Below the pieces are notes generated by a model. It was given only the letters and a program-made list of their open reading frames with translations. It was not told the DNA's origin and made no database searches. DNA of 64,000 nt from Phycisphaerae bacterium (GTDB lineage Bacteria > Planctomycetota > Phycisphaerae > UBA1845 > UTPLA1): assembly GCA_046350375.1 (NCBI GenBank), contig JAXMAO010000008.1, positions 416-64,415 of the forward strand, written 5' to 3'. Of this stretch, positions 28,836-36,273 are shown in pieces. A program made the translations under genes and the position numbers. Position 1 is the stretch's first letter. Each line of letters starts with the position of its first letter.

Positions 28836-30668
28836 ATGCACAAACGTGGGAAGTGGGCAAAACTGGTCATGGCGGCGGCGTGGGCTGGCGTGATGGCGCT
28901 GCCGGCGCTGGCCGAAGAGACATCGAAGGTGGTGCACCTGCGGCTGCGCGGCGCGCTGGCCGAGGCGCCGCCGGAGTTTCAGCTGAACCTGTTCGGCGGC
29001 GGCGAGCAGGCGCCGAATTTGTTCGACCTGCTGCTGCAGATGCGCGAGATGCGCGGCGACGCGAGCGTGAAGGCGCTGATCGTCGACCTCGATGAGGCGG
29101 CGCTCGACCTGGCGCAGGTGCAGGAGATGCGGCAGCAGTTCGAGGCGCTGCGGGCGGCGGGCAAGGACGTGTGGGTCTATTCCGAGGCGCCGTCGCTCGG
29201 GCAGCTGATGCTGGCGTCGGCGGCGAGCAAGGTCGTCATGATGCCGCGCGGCGACGTCGACGTGGTGGGAATCTACGCCGCCCCGATGTACTTCAAGGGG
29301 CTGCTCGACAAGATCGGCGCCGAGGCCGACGTGGTGCACTGCGGCGCCTACAAGGCGGCCGGCGAGCCGTTCAGCCGGACCGGCCCGAGCAAGGAGGCCG
29401 AGGAGGACGTCAACCGGATTCTCGACGGCGTGTACGACACGGTGGTGACAAACATTGCCAAGAGCCGCAAGCTGGATCGGGCCGCGGTGGAGAAATTTGT
29501 CGATTCGGGCCCGCACTCGGTGGCCGATGCAGTCGACGCCGGGCTGGTGGACGAGTTGCAGTATCGCGAGGACTTCCTCAAGAGCGTGCGCAAGAAGTAC
29601 GGCCGCGAGACGAAGATCGTGCACGACTACGGCAAGAAGAAGGGGCCGGACGTCGATTTCGAGAATCCGTTCGCGATCTTCAAGCTGTTCGGCGAACTGG
29701 CGCGCGGGCAGAAGAAGTCGGACAAGAACGCGATCGCGGTGATCTACGTCGACTCCATGATCACCACCGGTCGCAGCGAGCGCGGCTTCTCGACCAGCAG
29801 CGGCTCGGACACCATCCGCAAGGCGTTCGACGACGCCGCCAAGGATGACGCGATCAAGGCGGTCGTGCTGCGGGTCGATTCGCCCGGCGGCTCGGCCATC
29901 GCCAGCGAGGTGATCGCCGAGGCGGCCAAGCGCTGCAAGGGCAAGAAGCCGTTCGTCGTGTCGATGGGCGGCGTGGCGGCCAGCGGCGGCTACTATGTCT
30001 CCTGCCTGGCCGACCGCATCTTCGCCCAGCCCGGCACGATCACCGGCTCGATCGGCGTGATCGGCATGAAGCTGGTGACCGGCGGCGTGTGGAACTCGAT
30101 CGGCATCAGCCGCCATGAATACAAGCGCGGCGCGCAGGCCGACATGATGGGCAGTCAGCGCCCGTGGTCGGAGGAGCAGCGCAAGCGAATCCTCGGACTG
30201 ATGACGCGCGTCTATGGCGAGTTCAAGGACCGCGTCGTTGAGGGACGCGGCAAGAAACTGTCGCGCGAGATCGAGTCGCTGGCCGGCGGCCGGGTCTATA
30301 CCGGCACGCAGGGGCTGAAGGCCGGCCTGGTGGACGAGCTGGGCGGCTTCGATGACGCCATCCGTTTCGCGGCCGATCAGGCGAAAATCAGCGACTACGA
30401 GCTGCGCGTCCTGCCCGAGCCGAAGACCGTGTTTGACATTCTGGCCGAGGGCATGGGGCTGCGCGAGAAGGACGAGGACGACGTGTGCGTCAGCCTGAAC
30501 CCGGGGCTGGGCGTACTCGGTCTGCCGACGATTCAGTCGGCGCTGCTCTCGCTGCAGGCGCTCGACCCGCGCTCGGCCGACGAGCTGCGGCGCGGCCTGC
30601 TGCAGCTTCAGGCGATGTCGCGCGACAACGTGCTGATGGTCGCCCCGGGTCTGCCGGAGATTCGCTGA
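28836..30668 (+). CDS. sppA: signal peptide peptidase SppA, 67K (two-domain) type
   Basis: Strong SD (GGGAGGA) 7 nt upstream. It has a signal anchor and a duplicated ClpP/crotonase-like fold, with VLRVDSPGGSAIASE and MGGVAASGGYYVSC...GSIGV. Confidence 0.9.
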   Translation: MHKRGKWAKLVMAAAWAGVMALPALAEETSKVVHLRLRGALAEAPPEFQLNLFGGGEQAPNLFDLLLQMREMRGDASVKALIVDLDEAALDLAQVQEMRQQFEALRAAGKDVWVYSEAPSLGQLMLASAASKVVMMPRGDVDVVGIYAAPMYFKGLLDKIGAEADVVHCGAYKAAGEPFSRTGPSKEAEEDVNRILDGVYDTVVTNIAKSRKLDRAAVEKFVDSGPHSVADAVDAGLVDELQYREDFLKSVRKKYGRETKIVHDYGKKKGPDVDFENPFAIFKLFGELARGQKKSDKNAIAVIYVDSMITTGRSERGFSTSSGSDTIRKAFDDAAKDDAIKAVVLRVDSPGGSAIASEVIAEAAKRCKGKKPFVVSMGGVAASGGYYVSCLADRIFAQPGTITGSIGVIGMKLVTGGVWNSIGISRHEYKRGAQADMMGSQRPWSEEQRKRILGLMTRVYGEFKDRVVEGRGKKLSREIESLAGGRVYTGTQGLKAGLVDELGGFDDAIRFAADQAKISDYELRVLPEPKTVFDILAEGMGLREKDEDDVCVSLNPGLGVLGLPTIQSALLSLQALDPRSADELRRGLLQLQAMSRDNVLMVAPGLPEIR

Positions 30669-30732
30669 CCCGGCACGGGTGGACGCGGCGGCGCAGCGGC
30701 GCACTGCGCCCACCGGCCGATGGACAAACAGA

Positions 30733-30773
30733 GAAGCCGACCGATTCGCATCGGCCGGCTTCTTCTTTTTTTT
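30733..30773 (+). terminator. rho-independent terminator downstream of sppA
   Basis: Stem gaagccgaccga / tcggccggcttc (11 of 12 bp) with loop ttcgca, followed by ttcTTTTTTTT (30763..30773). Confidence 0.65.
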
Positions 30774-30800
30774 GGCGGGGAACTGTGCCGGGTGGCGCGA

Positions 30801-32444
30801 TCAGGCGATCGCGGTCCGGCGCGTGCGTCGGAGAATCCACGGCAGGAACCCCATGCCGAGCAGGCCGCTGGTCGCCGGCTCCGGGGCGATGACGGCATAG
30901 ACGCGGATCGTCTGCGAGCCGGGAAAGGCGGCCAGGTCGAGCACGAGGTGGCGGACGCGCCAGGCATCGATGTCGCCGAGCGACGCGGTCTCGATGCCGT
31001 TCCAGACGACCTGGCCGTCGGGCAGTTGCACGCCCAGGTCGGTGGACAGCCCGAGGCTGTTCCAGCGTTCGTCGAGGAGGATGTCGAGCGGGCCGCCGCC
31101 GGTGACCACGAAGTCCTTGTAGATGACGTCGGCGTGCCCGTCGCGCAGCAGGGCGCCCTGTGCCGCGGTGCCCTCGGTGAACAGGTCGGGCCGATTGGGG
31201 GCGAAGGTGTAGGACTGCGGCAGGTCGATGTTGTTGTTGTCGTCGAAGTCGCTGACGCGCGGCGCGCCGCCGGCGGCGACGGGCAGATCGACGCGAGCGA
31301 TGGCGTTGAAGTAGTGATAGCCGGTCGGGTTCGCGCCGATGGTGCCGATGATCGGATGATTGACGTACTGTCCGTCGGAGAGCTGCTGCCAGCCGGCGGC
31401 CAGGCCGTCGCCGCCATAGGTGTAGCCCGACGGGCCTGCCTCGGCGCCGCCGGCGGGTTCGAACGGGTCGCGGATGTTGAAGTTCATCCGCAGGTTGTCG
31501 AAGATCACGTTGGCGGTCACGTAGCTTTCGAGCCAGTTGCGGTTTTCGGCGATCGACAGGTCGGCGGCCTGCATGTTGCGGGTGTTGCCGTTGCACTGTG
31601 CGCCGCGCTTGGTGGGGTCGGCCATCTTGCGATACAGGTCGGCGCCGCTGACGGTGGACTGCACGCCGTAGACGGTGCCGTTGAGTTCGTACGGCCCGCC
31701 CGAGTCGCCTTCGCACATGTGGCGGAAGGGGTCGGTGCCCTGCGGCGTTGCGCCGCCCGTGCCGCCGCGGACGAAGGTGACCGAGCGCCGCGCGGCGCTG
31801 AAGCCGCCGATGCTGAGGTACGGGTCGCGCGGCGTGCCGAAACCGGCGTTGCGCCCCTTGGGCGGCGTGCCGGGCGGCGGCGCCGGCACTTCGGGGTTCG
31901 GATCGGGGACAAACGTGGTAGTGCCGAAGCCGACGCCGAACATGTTCTGACCGACGCCCGGCTGGGCGGCCGGCAGGTTGAGTCCGGCCACGTTGGCCAG
32001 TCCCTGCACGCCGCCGATTGCCAGGTCGCTGCGGATGGCGCCGGCGCCGACGTTGAAATCGGGGTGACGCGAGACGGCGGTCATGTTGAGAGCCGCGCCG
32101 GCGTCGCCGGGGCGGAACTGCCAGGTCGTGCCCGCGCCCGGGTTTTCGGTGCAGTGGCCGGCGGTGACGATGTAGCTCCGCGCCGGCTGCACGGTCGAGG
32201 TGAGTTTGAATGCCGAGCAGCGCGGGGCATAGGCGCCGGCCGCTCCGGCGTCGCGACCGAACGTGCCGGCCTGGGGATAGGAGGCCGCGAGCTCAGCGGC
32301 CGTGAGGGTCTTTCCAAGGTAGAACTGGTTGACGTACGGGTAGGGGGTGAAGTTGCTCGCCTGCACGGCCGAGCAGGCCAGCGACAGGCACGCTGCGGCC
32401 ACGATCCAGGTCCAATGCCGGGGTGGGTTCGATCCACGAGTCAT
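30801..32444 (-). CDS. secreted trypsin-like (S1) serine protease with C-terminal PEP-CTERM sorting signal
   Basis: AAGGAG SD. It has a signal peptide, the His motif TAGHC and the Ser motif CEGDSGGP. A ~250-aa extra domain follows, then VIAPEPATSGLLGMGFLPWILRRTRR near the stop. Confidence 0.85.
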   Translation of the reverse strand: MTRGSNPPRHWTWIVAAACLSLACSAVQASNFTPYPYVNQFYLGKTLTAAELAASYPQAGTFGRDAGAAGAYAPRCSAFKLTSTVQPARSYIVTAGHCTENPGAGTTWQFRPGDAGAALNMTAVSRHPDFNVGAGAIRSDLAIGGVQGLANVAGLNLPAAQPGVGQNMFGVGFGTTTFVPDPNPEVPAPPPGTPPKGRNAGFGTPRDPYLSIGGFSAARRSVTFVRGGTGGATPQGTDPFRHMCEGDSGGPYELNGTVYGVQSTVSGADLYRKMADPTKRGAQCNGNTRNMQAADLSIAENRNWLESYVTANVIFDNLRMNFNIRDPFEPAGGAEAGPSGYTYGGDGLAAGWQQLSDGQYVNHPIIGTIGANPTGYHYFNAIARVDLPVAAGGAPRVSDFDDNNNIDLPQSYTFAPNRPDLFTEGTAAQGALLRDGHADVIYKDFVVTGGGPLDILLDERWNSLGLSTDLGVQLPDGQVVWNGIETASLGDIDAWRVRHLVLDLAAFPGSQTIRVYAVIAPEPATSGLLGMGFLPWILRRTRRTAIA

Positions 32445-32593
32445 GACAAAACTCCTTTTGCACGAGGCGTTTAGCTGCCCGTCTCGGTGCCGGGCGGCGC
32501 GCCGTGCGTCGCTCCTGGCCGGACGTCTCGCCAGTCAGATCGCAGTGGCGGCGCGGATCGGGCGCGAAAAACTTGGACGGTTTCGCGGGGGGT

Positions 32594-33244
32594 TCAGAGA
32601 TTGGCGGCGCGGGAGGTGAACGGGGAGGTTCGCGCCAGCAGCTCGCGGAGCCGGTCGACCGCCCGGCCTGCGAGCCGGCGGACGGCGTCCTCGGTGCGAC
32701 CGAGCTCTGCGGCGACGGCGGCGACGGGCTGCTGGTCGAGGTGGACGCGCTGGATGACGATGCGGTATTCGTCCGGCAGCCTTGCGAGGCAGCTCAGCAG
32801 GATGGCGACCGCTTCGTCGTGCCGTGCGAATCGGCTGGGGGTGGCGGTTTCTGCGAGGCAGTGCTGCAGGAGCGCCGCGCGGCTGGCGGCGGCGTCGGCG
32901 GGGCGGATCTCGCGGGCGATGTCGCGTCGCGCGGCCTTGGCGCGGCGCACGCGGTCGATGAAGCGGCGGTCGACGATGCGGGCGGCCCAGTGATAGAACG
33001 AATCGGCTCCGCGATATTCAAACTCTGCGATGGAGCCGAAGACGTCGATGTAGGCCTCCTGGAGGACGTCTTCGGCGCCGATCTGGGCGTGCCAGTCGGG
33101 ACCGACCTTGCGGCGGGCGTGTTCGAGCAGGCGATCGTGGTGGATCCAGAGCAGCCGTTCGAGGCTGTCGGCGTTGCCCCCGCGCGCCTGGCTGCACAGG
33201 GCGTCGATTTCGTCGTCGGCGGGGCGCGGCGCCAACTCGGCCAT
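32594..33244 (-). CDS. ECF-type RNA polymerase sigma factor (kinase-associated type, ECF43-like)
   Basis: 216 aa. Region 2 is AEDVLQEAYIDVFGSIAEFEYRGADSFYHWAARIVDRRFIDRVR and region 4 is LPDEYRIVIQRVHLDQQPVAAVAAELGRTEDAVRRLAGRAVDRLR. It is divergent from a Ser/Thr kinase with a 53-bp gap. Confidence 0.85.
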   Translation of the reverse strand: MAELAPRPADDEIDALCSQARGGNADSLERLLWIHHDRLLEHARRKVGPDWHAQIGAEDVLQEAYIDVFGSIAEFEYRGADSFYHWAARIVDRRFIDRVRRAKAARRDIAREIRPADAAASRAALLQHCLAETATPSRFARHDEAVAILLSCLARLPDEYRIVIQRVHLDQQPVAAVAAELGRTEDAVRRLAGRAVDRLRELLARTSPFTSRAANL

Positions 33245-33297
33245 GGCTCGTATAATACCGCGCTCGGAGCCGAACCGTCAGACTGCTGGAGCCCCGC

Positions 33298-36270
33298 ATG
33301 GCGCACGAAGCCGACGATGCCGTCGCCCGGATCGTGGCGCGCTTCTTCGAGCAGCGCAGCGCGGGCCAGCGCGTGTCGGTCGACGCGGTGCTGGCCGGCG
33401 CGCCGGGCGGCGCGGCGCCGGCGTTGCGGGCCGCGGTGGTGTCGCGCATTGCCGCCGAGTCGCGCGCCCGCAGCCTGTCGGACGCATCGTCGGGCGCCGC
33501 GCCCGGGGTCGATCCGGCGGCGCCGTTCCCGCAACTGGCCGGATATGACCTGGTCGAGCTGATCGGCCGCGGCGGCATGGGGGTCGTGTACGAGGCCTAT
33601 CAACAGTCGACCGGTCGGCGCGTCGCCGTGAAGTTCATGCTCGAGTCGGCGGCGGCGTCGGATTCGGCGCGGCGGCGGTTCGAGCGCGAGGTGGAGCTGG
33701 TCGCGCGGCTGGAACACCCGGGCATCGTCGCGATTGTCGACTCGGGCGCGCAGCGCGGGCAGTGCTACTACGTGATGGAGTATGTCGACGGCCGGCCGCT
33801 CGACGCGGCACTGGCCGACGAGACGCGCGTCGGGCGCATCCTGGACGTGCTGGCGCGGGTGTGCGACGCGGTCGACTACGCGCATCAGCGCGGCGTGCTG
33901 CATCGCGACCTCAAGCCGTCCAACATTCTGCTCGACGGGCGCGACGAGCCGCACGTGCTCGACTTCGGCCTGGCCAAGGCGATTGACACCGGCTCGCGCG
34001 TCTCGCGCGATCTGACGCTCGAGGGGCCGCAGCACCTGCTGGGCACGCTGGCCTACATGTCGCCGGAGCAGTCGCGCGGCGAGTCGGCCGCGCTGTCGGT
34101 GCGGAGCGACGTCTATTCGCTCGGGGCGATCGGGTATGAGCTGCTGACCGGCGGGCCGCCGATCGGCGTGGACGGGTCGCTGGTGGACGTGCTGTCGCGC
34201 ATTGCGACGGCCGAACCGGCCGCGCCGTCGGGCGCGGCGCGGCGCAGCGCCGTGGCGAGCCGTGCGTCGCGCGCGGGCGGGATCTCGCGCGATGTCGACG
34301 CGATCCTGCTCAAGGCCCTCGAGAAGTCGCCCGAGCGGCGCTACGCGACGGCGGCGGCGCTGGCCGACGACCTGCGCCGCTGTCTGCGCGACGAGCCGAT
34401 CTCCGCCCGGCCGGCCGGCGCGTGGCTCGCGTTTCGCAAGTTTGCGCGGCGCAATCGGGCGTGGGTGGCGGGCGCGGCGGCGGCGCTGCTGCTGCTGCTG
34501 GCGGGCAGCGCCGCGACGACGGGGCAGGCAATCCGCGCGACCCGCGCCGAGCGGACGGCGCTGGCCGAGCGCGACTCGGCGCGGCAGTTCGGCGCGCAGG
34601 CGGCCCGCGAGGCGGCCCGCGCCACGGCGGTGCGCGAGTTTCTGCAGCGCATCTTCACCGCCGGAAACCCGATGCAGGGGCGCGGCGCCAACCTGACGGT
34701 GCGGGAGGCGCTCGACGACGCGCTGCTGCGCATGGAATCGGAGCTGAAGGACCAGCCCGAGATCGAGGCCGGCGTGCGGCGCGCCATCGGCGGGGCCTAT
34801 TACGGCCTGGGGCAGAGCGGCGAAGCCGTCACACAGCTGCGCCGCGCGTGCGAATTGCAGCGCCGCGTGGCGCCCGACGACGAGCCGGAACGGCTGGAGT
34901 TCGAGCGCGAGCTGGGCATCGTTCTGGCCGGCGACAACCAGTCGGAGGAGGCCGAGCGAATCCTGCGTCGCGTGCTGGAGGGCTATCGGCGGCGGAACGG
35001 ACCGCAGGACCTGCACACGCTCCGCGCCACCGCCGACCTGGTTTTCTGCCTGGACCACGGCGGGCGTTCGGCCGAAGCCGAGCAGATGGTCCGCCCGCTG
35101 ATCGAACTTGAGACGAAGCTGCTGGGGGAGGACCATCCCGACCGACTCTACGCCGCCACGTTGCTGGTGAGCACGCTCGAGAAGCAGGGCAAGGAGCTGG
35201 ACGCGGTGGCGGCGGCGGCGCGGCGCGCCTACGAGCGGCAGCTCAGCCGGGACCACCCGCTGACTGCCGAGCTGGTTCAGGTTCAGGCGGGGGTGGCGCG
35301 GCGCAAAGGCGACCTGGCCGAGGCCGAACGGCTCTACCGCGAGGCGCTGGCGCGGCTGCGCACCAGCAGTGGCGAAGAGCACGCCGAAACGGACCGCAAC
35401 TACCGGACGCTGCGCGACGTGCTCTACCAGGCGTACAAGCTGCCGGCGGTCGAGGCGCTGTGCGCGGAGACCCTGTCGCTGCGGGTTGCGAAGCTGGGCG
35501 CCGATCATCCGCTCACGGTGGCGGCGCGGTTCGACCTGGCGATCGCGCAGCGCTCGATGATGAAGCCCGACGCAGCGATGGCGAACTTCCGGATCGTGCT
35601 CGAGCAGCGCCGCAAGTCGCTGGGGCGCGAGCATCCGGACACGCTCTGGCCGCTGGAGGAGCTGGGCATCCTGCTGCTGAACGTCCGCCGCCAGGCGGAG
35701 GCCGAGCCGCTGCTTGCGGAAGGAACCCGGATCGCGCAACAGCGCTTTTCGCGTGCCGACGCACGGCGGTCGGCGGCGGTGTTTTATCACGGTCGCTGCC
35801 TGGCCGAACTGGGGCGGGCCAAGCAGGCCGAGCCGCTGCTGGTCGAGGGGTACGAGACGGCGGTGCTGTCGTCCGGGCCGGCCAATCCGTGGACGATGAC
35901 GACGGTCGAATCGCTGGTTCGGTTCTACGAGTGGCAGGGTCGCCCGGCCGAGGCGGAGCGCTATCGCCAGCTCATGCGCACGCCCACGTCCGGTCCGACC
36001 ACCGCGCCGGGGGGAGCTTCGGATCGCCCCGCCGCCAGCGGACCCGCGCCCGCCCCGTCGGGGTCGCGGCCCGGGTGCGGGCGCGAGTTCTCGGTCGCGC
36101 GGCTGCGTCAACATTCGGCTGGACCGGCGGTTGGGTGGGGCGTAACATTAGCAGTCCAAGCGCTTACCGGCCGGGGGAGTCCAGCGCGTCGGAAGCCTCA
36201 AGAAGCAAGGTTTCGCTCGGGCGCCGGGGTGAATGCCCGCCGCCTGCCTGCGCGACCCGGGGCCTGTTGA
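33298..36270 (+). CDS. Ser/Thr protein kinase with transmembrane helix and long TPR-repeat domain
   Basis: LIGRGGMGVVYEA, VAVKFM, HRDLKPSNILLD, DFGLAK, SPEQ. It has one TM helix (AWVAGAAAALLLLLAGSAA) followed by many TPR-like repeats. The last ~55 codons (from about 36100) have poor codon bias, so the true stop may lie earlier. Confidence 0.88.
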   Translation: MAHEADDAVARIVARFFEQRSAGQRVSVDAVLAGAPGGAAPALRAAVVSRIAAESRARSLSDASSGAAPGVDPAAPFPQLAGYDLVELIGRGGMGVVYEAYQQSTGRRVAVKFMLESAAASDSARRRFEREVELVARLEHPGIVAIVDSGAQRGQCYYVMEYVDGRPLDAALADETRVGRILDVLARVCDAVDYAHQRGVLHRDLKPSNILLDGRDEPHVLDFGLAKAIDTGSRVSRDLTLEGPQHLLGTLAYMSPEQSRGESAALSVRSDVYSLGAIGYELLTGGPPIGVDGSLVDVLSRIATAEPAAPSGAARRSAVASRASRAGGISRDVDAILLKALEKSPERRYATAAALADDLRRCLRDEPISARPAGAWLAFRKFARRNRAWVAGAAAALLLLLAGSAATTGQAIRATRAERTALAERDSARQFGAQAAREAARATAVREFLQRIFTAGNPMQGRGANLTVREALDDALLRMESELKDQPEIEAGVRRAIGGAYYGLGQSGEAVTQLRRACELQRRVAPDDEPERLEFERELGIVLAGDNQSEEAERILRRVLEGYRRRNGPQDLHTLRATADLVFCLDHGGRSAEAEQMVRPLIELETKLLGEDHPDRLYAATLLVSTLEKQGKELDAVAAAARRAYERQLSRDHPLTAELVQVQAGVARRKGDLAEAERLYREALARLRTSSGEEHAETDRNYRTLRDVLYQAYKLPAVEALCAETLSLRVAKLGADHPLTVAARFDLAIAQRSMMKPDAAMANFRIVLEQRRKSLGREHPDTLWPLEELGILLLNVRRQAEAEPLLAEGTRIAQQRFSRADARRSAAVFYHGRCLAELGRAKQAEPLLVEGYETAVLSSGPANPWTMTTVESLVRFYEWQGRPAEAERYRQLMRTPTSGPTTAPGGASDRPAASGPAPAPSGSRPGCGREFSVARLRQHSAGPAVGWGVTLAVQALTGRGSPARRKPQEARFRSGAGVNARRLPARPGAC

Positions 36271-36273
36271 GTC

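Noticed and set aside
32418-32440. tRNA T-arm-like motif gggtGGGTTCGATCCac
   Set aside because: It lies inside the N-terminal coding region of the S1 protease. I could not build acceptor, D or anticodon arms around it. I found no convincing tRNA anywhere in the window by eye (no tRNAscan run).
32794-36114. 1106-aa minus-strand ORF
   Set aside because: It is antisense to the TPR kinase 33298..36270 and partly out of frame with the ECF sigma gene. It is an Arg-rich shadow with no motifs.
36100-36273. C-terminal ~55 codons of the TPR kinase as genuine coding sequence, or a promoter for the next gene
   Set aside because: Codon bias collapses here, with many A/T-ending codons, so the tail is doubtful. 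No alternative stop is available in frame, and I found no convincing promoter hexamers. It is left inside the CDS with a caveat.
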